This document shows, piece by piece, positions 49,734 through 60,525 of a DNA stretch of 64,000 bases (position 1 is the stretch's first letter; the number at the start of each line of letters is the position of its first letter). The stretch spans positions 10,992 to 74,991 of the forward strand of contig CAJWHN010000001.1 of assembly GCA_913041085.1 (NCBI GenBank), written 5' to 3'. The notes beneath the pieces were generated by a model. The model was given only the letters and a program-made list of their open reading frames with translations, was not told where the DNA came from and did no database searches. Position numbers and translations under genes: made by a program. This DNA is from an uncultured Flavobacteriales bacterium. GTDB taxonomy: Bacteria; Bacteroidota; Bacteroidia; Flavobacteriales; UBA7312.

Positions 49734-50485
49734 CTTTCCCCAAAGAGCAGGTAGCCAATGGCTAAGGCGTAAATGGTGCCTACGTACTTAAGACTTATCA
49801 TCTTGTTGGCTACACTACTTTGTATGCCCTTAGTCATCAGTATTTGGGCAATTTGAGTAAATAGTCCCATCAGTAAAAGGTACAACCAGTCTGTACCTTG
49901 TGGTGTCACCCAATTCAAATAGGACAGTACCGACATAATGGGAATAGCCACCAAAGGGAAATACAAGACTACGACTACAGGGTGTTCTGTGTATTTTAGT
50001 TGGCGTATGCAAGTGTATGCCATACCTGAAAACATAGCAGAGCAAATGCCTATGAGCATAAAGGTGACCGAAATACGCTCGTCAAAACCTTTTATCAAGG
50101 CTACTCCAGCAAAGGAAACGCCAAAGTATAGCCATTGTTTGATTTGCATTTTTTCCTTGAGAAAGATAGCTGCAAAGAGGGCAGTAAAGATGGGCGAAAG
50201 GTATTGTAAAGTCACGGCACTAGCTAGGGGTATGTTTTGTAAAGTATAGAAAAATAGCAATAGGGCAGTAGTGCCAAAAATACCTCGCATCAACAAGACC
50301 TTTTTATTGTTGCCCAATAGGGGTATGCCTAACTTTTGGAGCATAGCCACACTCAAAACGATAGAGACGATGGAACGGAATAAAATGAGCTCGTGGGCTG
50401 GAATATGGGGCAAGTACTTCACACAGATTTGCATGAGGGCAAAAGCTAGTGTAGAACCTAGCATATAATAGACGCCTTGTTTCAC
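49649..50485 (-). CDS. DMT/EamA family transporter (minus strand, GTG start)
   Basis: CAC at 50483-50485; two EamA halves with about 10 TM helices; LQYLSPIF...FLKEK. Confidence 0.9.
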   Translation of the reverse strand: MKQGVYYMLGSTLAFALMQICVKYLPHIPAHELILFRSIVSIVLSVAMLQKLGIPLLGNNKKVLLMRGIFGTTALLLFFYTLQNIPLASAVTLQYLSPIFTALFAAIFLKEKMQIKQWLYFGVSFAGVALIKGFDERISVTFMLIGICSAMFSGMAYTCIRQLKYTEHPVVVVLYFPLVAIPIMSVLSYLNWVTPQGTDWLYLLLMGLFTQIAQILMTKGIQSSVANKMISLKYVGTIYALAIGYLLFGESYGIMSLLGIAMVIAGVVLNFKCSKKDE

Positions 50486-51429
50486 TGAAAGAGTTGTTGT
50501 AAGGCTTGTGAGGGGCTGAGTTTAGCCTCCATGACTTCTTGTTCCAATTGGGCTATTTGGCTTTGGTGTTGGCTATAAAAGTCTTCTTCCAAACGGACTT
50601 TTATGATCTGATGAAACCAATAACGGTTTTGCTCTTGGCGTTGACTTTGTAATGTCCCTCGTTCTTGGGTCCATTTGCGATAAGCCTTTATAGTTTCCCA
50701 AGCTTGGTCAATATGTTGTTTTTCCAATGCCGAACAAATACCCACCTGTGGAGTCCAACCGTTGGGGTTGTGAGGGAAAAGGTGTAAGGCTGTTTTGTAT
50801 TGGGCTTGGGCTTTTTTAGCTGGAATGAGGTTATCCCCATCGGCTTTATTGATGAGTAAGATATCCGCCATTTCCATTATGCCTCGTTTGATGCCTTGTA
50901 GCTCGTCACCAGCCCCAGCCAACATAAGCAATACAAAGACGTCCACCATAGAATGAACGGCTGTTTCGGATTGTCCTACGCCTACCGTTTCTATGAGTAT
51001 GACTTCATAACCAGCAGCCTCGCAAAGGAGTATGCTTTCTCGTGTTTTTTTGGCTACGCCACCCAAAGAACCTGCCGTTGGTGAGGGGCGAATAAATGCC
51101 AAATCATCAACCGACAATTCGTGCATACGGGTTTTGTCACCCAATATACTACCTCCTGATTTTTCACTAGAGGGGTCAATGGCTAAAACAGCTACCTTAA
51201 TCCCTTGTGCTGTAAGGTGTTTACCTAGGGCTTCTATAAAAGTGCTTTTGCCTACTCCGGGAACTCCCGTTATACCTATACGCAAAGATTGTCCGCTATG
51301 GGCTAATATGTCTTGTAGGATGCTTTGGGCTTCTTGCTGATGCTCGGTAAGTGTACTTTCCACTAGGGTAATGGCTCTAGCCAATGCCGAACGATTCCCT
51401 GCTATAACCTCTTGACTGAGCTTATTCAT
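50482..51429 (-). CDS. meaB: Methylmalonyl-CoA mutase chaperone GTPase MeaB
   Basis: [38 protein letters not shown]; adjacent to the mutase gene. Confidence 0.95.
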   Translation of the reverse strand: MNKLSQEVIAGNRSALARAITLVESTLTEHQQEAQSILQDILAHSGQSLRIGITGVPGVGKSTFIEALGKHLTAQGIKVAVLAIDPSSEKSGGSILGDKTRMHELSVDDLAFIRPSPTAGSLGGVAKKTRESILLCEAAGYEVILIETVGVGQSETAVHSMVDVFVLLMLAGAGDELQGIKRGIMEMADILLINKADGDNLIPAKKAQAQYKTALHLFPHNPNGWTPQVGICSALEKQHIDQAWETIKAYRKWTQERGTLQSQRQEQNRYWFHQIIKVRLEEDFYSQHQSQIAQLEQEVMEAKLSPSQALQQLFQ

Positions 51430-54418
51430 CGAGCAATTGCTTTAAAATGTCAATAGCCGCTTGGGCAATGACTGTTCCGGGTCCAAAAATACCACTCACT
51501 CCAGCTTGGTACAAGAAATCGTAGTCTTGTTGTGGAATCACGCCACCAGCAATAACTAATATATCGCCACGCCCCACAGCTTCAAGTTCACTAATGACTT
51601 GTGGCACTAAGGTTTTGTGTCCTGCTGCCAGAGAAGATACGCCCAAAATATGCACGTCATTTTCTATGGCCTGTTTGGCGGCTTCTTTAGGCGTTTGGAA
51701 CAAAGGGCCCATATCCACATCAAAGCCCAAATCGGCAAAGGAGGTGGCTACCACTTTAGCTCCTCTATCGTGGCCATCTTGTCCCATCTTAGCGACCATC
51801 AAACGGGGACGTCTTCCTTTTTGCTTTTCAAATGTAGCACTAAGCTCTAAAGCTGCTTTGAAATGTGGGTTGTCTTCTATTTCCATCTTATAAACACCTG
51901 ATATCGAATTGTTTTGTGCCTGATAGCGACCAAAAACCGTTTCACAAGCATACGAAATTTCGCCCAAAGTAGCTTGTTTTTGGGCGGCTTCTACAGCAAA
52001 AGCCAATAAGTTGCCCTCCCCATTTTCACAGGCTTGGCTAATGGCATCTAGAGCTTGTTGTACAGCGACTTCATCGCGTTGGTCTTTGAGATCTTGGAGT
52101 TGTTTTATCTGAGATAAACGGACTGCTGTATTGTCTACTTCCAAAATATCCAAGTCTTGTTCTTCGGATTTGTTCTTATAAGCATTAACCCCAACAATAG
52201 TATCTTTTGCACTGTCTATTCGGGCTTGTTTTCTAGCGGCGGCTTCTTCAATACGCATTTTTGGTAAGCCTGTTTCTATGGCTTTTGCCATACCACCCAA
52301 TTCCTCAATTTCTTGTATGTGTTCCCACGCTCTTTGGGCGATGTCGTGAGTTAGCTTTTCTACATAATATGAACCGCCCCAAGGGTCTACCGTTTGACAT
52401 AAGCCAATATCTTTTTGTAGGTAAATCTGTGTATCTCTTGCAATTTTAGCTGAAAAATCGGTAGGTAAAGCGATGGCCTCGTCTAAAGCGTTGGTATGCA
52501 AAGATTGTGTGCCACCCATGACGGCTGACATGGCCTCAATACAGGTACGGCTGACATTATTGAAAGGGTCTTGCTCAGTCAAACTCCAACCACTCGTTTG
52601 GCAATGGGTTCTTAGAGCCAAAGATTTAGGGTTTTTAGGATTGAATTGCTTAACAATTTTTGCCCATAGCAAACGGGCGGCTCGCATTTTGGCAATTTCC
52701 ATAAAGTGATTCATGCCAATGCCCCAAAAGAAAGATAGGCGAGGAGCGAAGGTGTCAATGTCCATACCTGCCATTATGCCCTTGCGTATGTATTCTAAAC
52801 CATCGGCTAAGGTATACGCCAATTCTATATCTGCCGTAGCACCAGCCTCTTGCATATGATAACCCGAAATACTGATACTGTTGAATTTGGGCATGTGCTC
52901 AGAAGTGTATTTGAAAATATCCGAAATGATTCGCATAGAATGTTGGGGCGGATAGATGTAAGTGTTACGCACCATAAATTCTTTAAGGATATCGTTTTGT
53001 ATAGTTCCCGCTAAGTCTTTTTGGTCTACGCCTTGCTGTTGGGCGGCTACAATATAAAATGCCATAATGGGCAATACCGCACCATTCATAGTCATAGAAA
53101 CGGACATTTTATCTAAGGGAATGCCATCAAACAAGACGTTCATATCGGAGATGGAGTCTATGGCTACACCAGCTTTGCCAACATCGCCTTCTACTCTAGT
53201 GTGGTCGGAATCGTAACCCCTATGGGTAGCTAAATCAAAAGCTACCGATAAGCCTTTTTGCCCAGCGGCTAGATTTCTTCTGTAAAAGGCATTAGATTCT
53301 TGTGCCGTAGAAAAACCAGCGTACTGACGAATAGTCCACGGGCGACTGACGTACATAGACGAATAAGGTCCTCTCAAATTGGGGGCTATACCAGCTCCAA
53401 AATGAATGTGCTCAAGGTCTTGAATATCTTCTTTAGTGTACTTGCTTTTGACGGCTATTTGTTCTGCCGTATGCCACAATGCTTGTTCAATATTTTCAAG
53501 CTTTCCTTCTTGTCTTTCAGATTTTAAAAAGTTTTGGGTTAGGGCTTCTATGAAGTAGCTTCCTGCACTAGGGTCTTGTACTTTTTCTAAAAAACTTTCT
53601 TCCCTCAGGATATGATGTTGGTTTCGTGCCAAACGGTTCGAAAAGTCAGTGACTTCCTCAAAAGATTGGTTGTATGGGCGTATCATAAGAGCATCACAAC
53701 CCCCAAAAATAGCCGACATACTTTCGGTAGTCGTTCGCAATAAATTATTGTAAGGCTGTTCAGTTGTTTTATTGGCTAAAGTAGTTTGCGCCAATATAAA
53801 GGGTATGGTGTTATTTATTGTTTCAAAGGCTATGAAGAAAGCCCTCATTTTAGCTATTTCTTTGAAGTAATCGCTACCTATGCTAAACACATATTGTGAG
53901 CTTAGCTGACCTTCTTCAATAGCTTGGTAAATGTCATCGACAAAAACCGTATGGTAAACGTAATTTGGAAGATTTCCTTTGTTTTCGTATCCGTGAAAAG
54001 CTCCTAAAATGTCTTCAGGGTTGAGCCCTCTTTCTTGTACTAAATCCTCAAACTCTTGTATGCTTTCTTTGGAATAATTTTCAAAATCTATTCGGATGTG
54101 TTGTATGAGTACATCTTGAAGTAGTATTTTTAATTCTTGTGGATTGGAAAAGCACAAAGCCGTCATGCCATTTTGTAAGGCTTCCAAAGCCTGTAGATTG
54201 CCTTTTTTAGGGTCTGAGCCATCTATCCACTGTACCGATTCCCAACTTTCAGTAATTGGTAGGGGGTTAAAGTGCTTGTGCGTATCCGAATGATAAAAAG
54301 GAAGCGTACCCTCTGAGCTAATGAGATTCTCAAAGGTTTTACCTTTTAGGTCGGCACATAATTTGTCTTTCCATTGCTGACTGCTAACAGCAGCAAATTC
54401 TGAAAATAATTTATTCAT
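51422..54418 (-). CDS. scpA: Methylmalonyl-CoA mutase: reduced small-subunit domain fused in frame to the B12-binding large subunit
   Basis: Residues about 1-300 resemble the small subunit ([38 protein letters not shown]); remainder has RGPY, RQYAGF, HRGYDSD and the DGHDRG B12 motif. Confidence 0.92.
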   Translation of the reverse strand: MNKLFSEFAAVSSQQWKDKLCADLKGKTFENLISSEGTLPFYHSDTHKHFNPLPITESWESVQWIDGSDPKKGNLQALEALQNGMTALCFSNPQELKILLQDVLIQHIRIDFENYSKESIQEFEDLVQERGLNPEDILGAFHGYENKGNLPNYVYHTVFVDDIYQAIEEGQLSSQYVFSIGSDYFKEIAKMRAFFIAFETINNTIPFILAQTTLANKTTEQPYNNLLRTTTESMSAIFGGCDALMIRPYNQSFEEVTDFSNRLARNQHHILREESFLEKVQDPSAGSYFIEALTQNFLKSERQEGKLENIEQALWHTAEQIAVKSKYTKEDIQDLEHIHFGAGIAPNLRGPYSSMYVSRPWTIRQYAGFSTAQESNAFYRRNLAAGQKGLSVAFDLATHRGYDSDHTRVEGDVGKAGVAIDSISDMNVLFDGIPLDKMSVSMTMNGAVLPIMAFYIVAAQQQGVDQKDLAGTIQNDILKEFMVRNTYIYPPQHSMRIISDIFKYTSEHMPKFNSISISGYHMQEAGATADIELAYTLADGLEYIRKGIMAGMDIDTFAPRLSFFWGIGMNHFMEIAKMRAARLLWAKIVKQFNPKNPKSLALRTHCQTSGWSLTEQDPFNNVSRTCIEAMSAVMGGTQSLHTNALDEAIALPTDFSAKIARDTQIYLQKDIGLCQTVDPWGGSYYVEKLTHDIAQRAWEHIQEIEELGGMAKAIETGLPKMRIEEAAARKQARIDSAKDTIVGVNAYKNKSEEQDLDILEVDNTAVRLSQIKQLQDLKDQRDEVAVQQALDAISQACENGEGNLLAFAVEAAQKQATLGEISYACETVFGRYQAQNNSISGVYKMEIEDNPHFKAALELSATFEKQKGRRPRLMVAKMGQDGHDRGAKVVATSFADLGFDVDMGPLFQTPKEAAKQAIENDVHILGVSSLAAGHKTLVPQVISELEAVGRGDILVIAGGVIPQQDYDFLYQAGVSGIFGPGTVIAQAAIDILKQLLDE

Positions 54419-54719
54419 CGGAATCTATGATAACTATGACGTCTTCGTTTTCCTTTTTCATCAAGTACTTCTCTCTAGCAAATTTCTCTTGCGTTTCTTG
54501 ATTGTTGGTCAGGTCAAATAGAGCAACACTATCTTTTTCTATTTCGTCTTGGTAGTAATTTTTTTGTTCTTTCAAATCCTCAATTTCGGATTTCAGTTTG
54601 GCTTGTTTTATCCAGTTGTTGGAGTCAAAAAAGGCTACCCATACGATAAGGATTAGCGTAACAAGTATAAACTTGTTCTTTAAGATAGGGGGTAATTTAT
54701 CGTAATACTCTTTCAACAT
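54411..54719 (-). CDS. FtsB/DivIC septum formation initiator family protein; start revised to ATG 54719
   Basis: One TM helix, coiled coil, [17 protein letters not shown] motif; TACTTTTG box at 54726-54733. Confidence 0.85.
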   Translation of the reverse strand: MLKEYYDKLPPILKNKFILVTLILIVWVAFFDSNNWIKQAKLKSEIEDLKEQKNYYQDEIEKDSVALFDLTNNQETQEKFAREKYLMKKENEDVIVIIDSDE

Positions 54720-54732
54720 TGTTCTCAAAAGT

Positions 54733-54765
54733 AAAAAAAAGCGTTGGATTCATATCCCAACGCTT
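54733..54765 (-). terminator. Intrinsic terminator of pruA
   Basis: aagcgttgg/ccaacgctt 9-bp stem (54739-54765) followed on the minus strand by a T run. Confidence 0.85.
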
Positions 54766-54774
54766 AAAATTTAA

Positions 54775-56400
54775 TTATCCTAAAAATGGATACCTGTAGT
54801 CTTGAGCAGGAACAAAGGTTTCCTTAATGGTGCGTGGTGATACCCAACGCAATAGGTTGAGTATAGACCCTGCCTTATCGTTAGTTCCAGAACCTCTAGC
54901 TCCCCCAAAAGGTTGTTGTCCTACAACAGCCCCAGTTGGCTTATCGTTGATGTAGAAGTTACCAGCTGCATTTTCCAAAGCTTTAGAGGCTTCTTCAATA
55001 GCATATCTGTCAATAGAGAATATAGCACCTGTAAGCGCATATTCACTTGTATTGTCCACCAACTTTAAAGTGGCTTTCCAATCCTTAGGCTCGTAAACGT
55101 AAATGGTAATGACCGGTCCAAAAATTTCTTCACACAAGGTTCTGAATTTAGGATTGCTTGTTAGCACTATGGTAGGTTCTATGAAGTAGCCTTTAGATTT
55201 ATCGTATCCACCGCCAACAATAATTTCAGCATCGTACTGTTCCTTGACGTAGTCAATGTATTGTGCAATTCTATCGAATGCCTTTTCGTCTATGACAGCA
55301 TTGATGAAGTTGGAAGGGTCTTCAGGACTTCCCATTTTAAAGGAGTTAGCATCTGCCACAATTTGTGTTTTGACTTCTTCCCATATATTAGAAGGGATAT
55401 AGGCTCTAGATGCTGCCGAACATTTTTGTCCTTGGTATTCAAAAGCACCTCTTGAAATACCTGTAGCCACTTCAGCAGGAACTGCCGATTCGTGAGCTAT
55501 GATAAAGTCCTTACCACCTGTTTCGCCAACTATTCTTGGGTAGCTTCTGTATTTTTCTATGTTGTTGCCTATAGTTTTCCAAAGGTGTCTAAATACGCCA
55601 GTAGAACCCGTAAAATGTAAGCCCGCAAAGTCTTTGTGATTGAATACCACATCGCCTAAAACAGGACCGCTTACTGGTACTAAATTAATAACGCCATCAG
55701 GTAGTCCTGCTGCTTTGAACAAATCCATTATGACCTTAGCAGAATATACTTGAGTTCCAGCCGGTTTCCATACAATGACATTACCCATCATAGCAGGTGC
55801 AGCACAAAGGTTAGCACAGATAGAAGTGAAGTTAAAAGGAGTAATAGCTAATACAAAACCTTCCAATGGTCGGTGTTCTAATCTGTTCCACATACCTGGT
55901 GCAGATTCGGGTTGCTCGCTATACAATTGAGTGACGTACTCGGCATTGAATTTGAAAAAGTCTATGAGTTCACAAGCGGCATCTATCTCAGCTTGAAAGA
56001 CATTTTTAGATTGTGCTAACATAGTAGCGGCATTTATTTTTGCTCGGAATGGCCCAGCTAATAAATCGGCAGCTTTTAAAAAGATAGCTACCCTTTGGTG
56101 CCAAGGCATAGCCGCCCATTCCTCTCTAGCAGCTAAGGCCGCATCAATAGCCATATTGACGTGTTCTGCAGTAGCCATACTATATTGTCCCAAAACATGC
56201 TGATGATCATGTGGAGGAACCATATTGATTTTTTCTGATGTGTGAATTGTTTCACTACCAATGTATAGTGGTACATCTATGGTTGAATTATACATAGCTT
56301 GGTATGTGCTCAATAATTCTTCTCGTTCAGGACTACCTAACTCGTATGATTTTACGGGCTCGTTGGTAGCTACTGGTACATTAAAAACGCCTTTTGACAT
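54775..56400 (-). CDS. pruA: L-glutamate gamma-semialdehyde (P5C) dehydrogenase (minus strand)
   Basis: CAT at 56398-56400; PFNFT, FTGST, ETGGK, GQKCSA, EEIFGP, YINDKPTGAVVGQQPFGG; TAAATTTG box at 56429-56436. Confidence 0.95.
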   Translation of the reverse strand: MSKGVFNVPVATNEPVKSYELGSPEREELLSTYQAMYNSTIDVPLYIGSETIHTSEKINMVPPHDHQHVLGQYSMATAEHVNMAIDAALAAREEWAAMPWHQRVAIFLKAADLLAGPFRAKINAATMLAQSKNVFQAEIDAACELIDFFKFNAEYVTQLYSEQPESAPGMWNRLEHRPLEGFVLAITPFNFTSICANLCAAPAMMGNVIVWKPAGTQVYSAKVIMDLFKAAGLPDGVINLVPVSGPVLGDVVFNHKDFAGLHFTGSTGVFRHLWKTIGNNIEKYRSYPRIVGETGGKDFIIAHESAVPAEVATGISRGAFEYQGQKCSAASRAYIPSNIWEEVKTQIVADANSFKMGSPEDPSNFINAVIDEKAFDRIAQYIDYVKEQYDAEIIVGGGYDKSKGYFIEPTIVLTSNPKFRTLCEEIFGPVITIYVYEPKDWKATLKLVDNTSEYALTGAIFSIDRYAIEEASKALENAAGNFYINDKPTGAVVGQQPFGGARGSGTNDKAGSILNLLRWVSPRTIKETFVPAQDYRYPFLG

Positions 56401-56449
56401 ATTTTTTTAGTTTATTTAGTAATTGGTGCAAATTTATAGGAATATACCA

Positions 56450-57835
56450 TCATAACAAGTCTTTTGAAGTCAGTTTTTGAATTCCTATCAACTGGTCGTA
56501 TGATTCTCCTGTTGGTCTGTGATAAATGTATACATGATAATCGTTTACAGTTTGGTAATGAGTGCCTTCTATGAATCTGTTGATATTGCCACCTTCGTAT
56601 TTTTTAAGAACATACTCGTAATTATAATAACCTTGTTTGAGGTATATATTGGCTTCATAATAGTTTTTTTCTGAATTGTAAATCATAAGATGACTTTCTG
56701 GAAAACCATAGTCGCTAATTTGTCCGAAAACATAAAGGTCGCCATGACTAATTTCGTGCTCGTATTGAAGTGTAAAACGTACTAAAGCATAATCGGCTTC
56801 TATGGCATTTCTTGAGCCTTCTTGTACTCGTATCAAACGCTTACCATTGATGTCTTGTGCTAAACCCGAGTAACGTTGAAAACGTCTAGCCTCGTCAGTT
56901 CTTAATACTACTTTGTGAGTATCGGCTTCAAAGCTAATATCTGCTAATCGTTCAGAAAGGTAACGCAAACTTTGTATGTCAAAAAATCGGTATTCGTTAC
57001 CGCCGTCAAAGAGGTTTTCGTCTTCGTAATCGTAAACGATTTCATCATCTTTTACAAATACAGCTTGTAGGCCACTAATGGCATTGTCCCATCTAGAATT
57101 TTGAGTAATTATTGGCATAATATCACCAAATGGATTGTCAATCTCGTAACCGCTATGATGTATGCTAAAGTCTATTTCGTGTTGGTAGTTGCGTTGTTCT
57201 AAATCTGTGGCTCGTTTGACACTTCCTTTGACCGATACTTTTTCGTCCATTATCATCATTCTTTGACTAAGGATAGGCTGGTCTCTTTGATTTTCTTTAA
57301 ATACGATTAGTAGGTAATTTCCAGAAAGGCTAGGTTTTAAATTAGCACTAGGTATGACAGTTTGGTAGTGGACGTAATTTTGTATGGTGTTAAATGAAAA
57401 TTGATAATCTGTGATGGGCTCTTCGTAAAAACCTTCCAAGTATTCACTTTCCATGAGGTCGGAAGGAGTCCAGTCGGCATTACAATGAATTAGGGTGTAG
57501 GCGTAGTTTTGAGGGTTGCTAGAAAGGTCATCAAAAGAGAGCAGAAGACTGTCTTTAAAGGATAGGTGTATGAGTGGATTTCCCATTTCAAAACGTAGAG
57601 GATGTAGCTGTACACTGTGAATTGAAGGGTTGTAAATGGCATTCTCATAGCGTAAGGTATTTTCTAACGTAAGGTCTTGGCTAATCGTTTCATCTACTTC
57701 TGTTTCATCAATTACCAAAATTTCAGAGCTTTCATCATCATATAAAGATTCGTTAAATTGTGCTGTTTTTTTAGAGCCTCCGCAAGAAAAAAGTAAGCCG
57801 CAACAGAATATTGATAGTGTTAAAGTATTTTTCAA
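56450..57835 (-). CDS. DUF5103-family protein (T9SS plug-domain-like) with a lipobox
   Basis: TTG start; LLFSC; LLLSFDDL...YTLIHCNADWTPS, YSGNY-like LSGNYL, GGNEYRFFD, YLKQGYYNY. Confidence 0.8.
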   Translation of the reverse strand: MKNTLTLSIFCCGLLFSCGGSKKTAQFNESLYDDESSEILVIDETEVDETISQDLTLENTLRYENAIYNPSIHSVQLHPLRFEMGNPLIHLSFKDSLLLSFDDLSSNPQNYAYTLIHCNADWTPSDLMESEYLEGFYEEPITDYQFSFNTIQNYVHYQTVIPSANLKPSLSGNYLLIVFKENQRDQPILSQRMMIMDEKVSVKGSVKRATDLEQRNYQHEIDFSIHHSGYEIDNPFGDIMPIITQNSRWDNAISGLQAVFVKDDEIVYDYEDENLFDGGNEYRFFDIQSLRYLSERLADISFEADTHKVVLRTDEARRFQRYSGLAQDINGKRLIRVQEGSRNAIEADYALVRFTLQYEHEISHGDLYVFGQISDYGFPESHLMIYNSEKNYYEANIYLKQGYYNYEYVLKKYEGGNINRFIEGTHYQTVNDYHVYIYHRPTGESYDQLIGIQKLTSKDLL

Positions 57836-57908
57836 AGTCTTAATTTTTATTATTTACTACTTTTTTACTCATTTATTACCACTTTTCCAATAAATAAAGC
57901 TCACTCTT

Positions 57909-57927
57909 ATTTAGAATCATTATAAAT
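57909..57927. promoter_or_regulatory. 9-1-9 palindrome, Fur-box-like, in the DUF5103/nqr divergent intergenic region
   Basis: ATTTAGAAT-C-ATTATAAAT, one mismatch from a perfect inverted repeat. Confidence 0.5.
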
Positions 57928-57974
57928 TAAAAATTCTTATTGAAATGTGATGCATTTAGTTTGCTGCAAATGTA

Positions 57975-57982
57975 TATTTTTG
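57975..57982 (+). promoter_or_regulatory. -7 promoter box (TATTTTTG) of the nqr operon
   Basis: Matches TAnnTTTG, 32 nt upstream of the nqrA ATG at 58015. Confidence 0.7.
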
Positions 57983-58014
57983 CGAGCGAAAATCACAATT
58001 TTTTACAAAAAGAG

Positions 58015-59364
58015 ATGTCAAAAGATATCAGATTAAAAAAAGGCCTTAATATCAACCTACAAGGGGAGGCCGATAAAGTTTACGCCAGTATTCCTCAATC
58101 ACAAAACTTTAGTATTAAACCAACAGACTTTCACGCTCTGACACCCAAAATGGTTGTCAATGAGGGTGATAAAGTCAAAGCTGGTTCTTGCTTGTTCTTT
58201 GATAAGTATGACGAACGCATTCGTATCTCATCGCCTGTAAGTGGTGAAGTGACAGAAATTGTTCGTGGTGCTAAGCGTAGAATTATGGAGGTTAAAATTG
58301 CTGCCGATTCAGAAGTTAGTTACGAAAGTTTTTCACTAGACGCTAATGCTTCTAGAGAGCAAATTATTAAAGGCTTATTGGATAGTGGCGTTTGGCCATT
58401 TATTCGTCAAAAGCCATTTGATACGATAGCTAACCCTTCGGACAATCCTAAAGCTATATTTATTTCTACATTTGATACTGCTCCTTTAGCACCAGATAAC
58501 GATTTCGTTTTACATGGTTTAGACAAGGAGTTCCAAATGGGAATAGAGGTTATTAAGAAATTGACAGACGGTAAGGTACACCTCAATGTTGATGGTAATA
58601 CTAATCCATCCAAAGTATTTACGGATTGTAAGGGAGTGGAAATCAACAAAATTTCCGGCCCACACCCAGCAGGTAATGTCGGTGTGCAAGTTCATCACAT
58701 AGACCCTATTAACAAAGGCGATGTGGTTTGGTATTTGTATCCCCAAGATGTTCTAACTATTGCACGTTTGTTTACTGATGGTAAATACGATGTATCTCGA
58801 ATGGTAGCTTTGACTGGTTCTCAAGTTGAAAGACCACGTTATTACAGAACAATTTCTGGCGCATCTATCTCCAATATGATATCTGAAAATTCTATTAAAG
58901 ATGGTAGCAACCGATTTATTAGTGGTAATGTACTTACTGGTACTCAAATTTCTGCTGACGGTTGTATTGGCTTTTACGATTCTCAGATAACTGTAATTCC
59001 TGAGGGTAATGAGCAAGAATTTTTAGGTTGGATTGCTCCAGGTCTACAAAAATTCTCGATGTCTAAGTCGTATTTTTCGTGGTTAACACCAGCTAAGAAA
59101 TACAATTTGAATACAAACTACAATGGTGAAGAAAGATCTTATGTAGTTACTGGGCAGTACGAAAAAGTCTTGCCTATGGATGTTTATCCTATGCAGCTTA
59201 TCAAAGCGTGTATGATTGAAGATATCGATTCTATGGAGCAATTGGGTATCTATGAAGTGTCTGCAGAAGACATGGCACTTTGCGAATTTGTATGTACTTC
59301 TAAAATGGAAGTTCAAAGTATCATTCGTGAAGGCTTAGATTTGGTTAAAAAAGAATGTAGTTAG
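58015..59364 (+). CDS. nqrA: Na+-translocating NADH:quinone oxidoreductase subunit A; start revised to ATG 58015
   Basis: IRLKKGLNINLQG, GPHPAGNVG, EDMALCEFVCTSK. Confidence 0.95.
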   Translation: MSKDIRLKKGLNINLQGEADKVYASIPQSQNFSIKPTDFHALTPKMVVNEGDKVKAGSCLFFDKYDERIRISSPVSGEVTEIVRGAKRRIMEVKIAADSEVSYESFSLDANASREQIIKGLLDSGVWPFIRQKPFDTIANPSDNPKAIFISTFDTAPLAPDNDFVLHGLDKEFQMGIEVIKKLTDGKVHLNVDGNTNPSKVFTDCKGVEINKISGPHPAGNVGVQVHHIDPINKGDVVWYLYPQDVLTIARLFTDGKYDVSRMVALTGSQVERPRYYRTISGASISNMISENSIKDGSNRFISGNVLTGTQISADGCIGFYDSQITVIPEGNEQEFLGWIAPGLQKFSMSKSYFSWLTPAKKYNLNTNYNGEERSYVVTGQYEKVLPMDVYPMQLIKACMIEDIDSMEQLGIYEVSAEDMALCEFVCTSKMEVQSIIREGLDLVKKECS

Positions 59365-59375
59365 AATTATTTACT

Positions 59376-60521
59376 ATGAAATTATTTAAAAATTTATTGG
59401 GTTCGGTAAAACCTCACTTTGAAAAAGGTGGAAAACTTGAAAAATTGTATCCTGCATACGATGCTTTTGAGACGTTTTTGTTTGTGCCTGACCATACTAC
59501 TCACAAGGGTGCTCACGTAAGAGATGCTATTGATTTGAAACGTACCATGTTTATGGTAATAGTAGCCTTAATTCCATGTTTATTATTCGGGATGTGGAAT
59601 GTTGGTTATCAATACCACCTTGCTATTGGAGAGACTGCTACATTAGTTGATAATTTTATTTTCGGATTTTGGAAGTTTTTACCTCTCATTATTGTTTCCT
59701 ATGCAGTAGGATTAGCTGTTGAATTTGCTTTCGCTATTTATCGAGGTCACTCTGTCAACGAAGGTTATTTGGTAACAGGATTATTAATTCCTCTTACTAT
59801 GCCTATTGATGTGCCACTATGGATGTTAGCTATTTCAGTCATCTTCGCTGTTGTAATAGGAAAGGAAGTGTTTGGTGGTACAGGTATGAATATTTTAAAC
59901 CCAGCACTTACAGCTAGAGCGTTTTTATTCTTTGCTTACCCAATATACATGTCGGGTGATAAAGTATGGGTACACAACGCTATGGTTGATGGTCATTCAG
60001 GTTCTACTATCTTAGGAGAGTTAGCGGCATCTACTAATTGGCAATCCTTATCGTTCAATCCATTTGATATGATGATGGGAACTATTCCTGGTTCAGTAGG
60101 TGAGACTTCATTCATTGCTATTATGATAGGTGCTCTTATACTTATAGCTACAGGAATTGGGAGTTGGAGAATTATCCTTTCTACTTTTGTTGGAGGTTTT
60201 GTTATGGCAGCACTATTTAATATGTGGGGTGCTAACGAATTGATGGCAACACCTGCTGAGATTCACTTAATCATAGGAAGTTTTGCTTTTGGTGCTGTGT
60301 TTATGGCAACAGACCCTGTGACAGGTTCACAAACCAATAGAGGAAAATATATATACGGATTTCTAATCGGTGTATTTGCCATAGTTATTCGTGTATTTAA
60401 CCCAGCATATCCTGAGGGAATGATGTTGGCAATTCTATTAATGAACATCTTTGCACCATTAGTAGATCATTACGTTATTCAAGGAAATATTAAAAGAAGA
60501 TTTAAACGAGCTAACGCTTAA
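59376..60521 (+). CDS. nqrB: Na+-NQR subunit B
   Basis: HVRDAIDLKRTM, GKEVFGGTG.N..NPAL, SGST FMN site, FMATDPV. Confidence 0.96.
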   Translation: MKLFKNLLGSVKPHFEKGGKLEKLYPAYDAFETFLFVPDHTTHKGAHVRDAIDLKRTMFMVIVALIPCLLFGMWNVGYQYHLAIGETATLVDNFIFGFWKFLPLIIVSYAVGLAVEFAFAIYRGHSVNEGYLVTGLLIPLTMPIDVPLWMLAISVIFAVVIGKEVFGGTGMNILNPALTARAFLFFAYPIYMSGDKVWVHNAMVDGHSGSTILGELAASTNWQSLSFNPFDMMMGTIPGSVGETSFIAIMIGALILIATGIGSWRIILSTFVGGFVMAALFNMWGANELMATPAEIHLIIGSFAFGAVFMATDPVTGSQTNRGKYIYGFLIGVFAIVIRVFNPAYPEGMMLAILLMNIFAPLVDHYVIQGNIKRRFKRANA

Positions 60522-60525
60522 TATT

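Noticed and set aside
22046-56400. Plus-strand labels in the ORF track for 22046-24382, 24395-25174, 34525-35694, 37785-39062, 39067-40188, 40191-41717, 42493-43854, 43847-45271, 49649-50485 and 54775-56400
   Set aside because: The listed proteins read from CAT/CAC at the right-hand coordinate (and TTA/TCA at the left where checked), so these genes are on the minus strand
3232-58014. Longest-ORF starts at 3232, 5988, 37751, 41828, 45271, 46682, 54728 and 57940
   Set aside because: Downstream ATGs give canonical N-termini or signal peptides, and several extensions run through the TAnnTTTG promoter itself
59990-60020. NqrB FMN site reads SGST rather than SGAT
   Set aside because: The flavinylated Thr is retained and the variant fits the broader [S/T]GxT pattern
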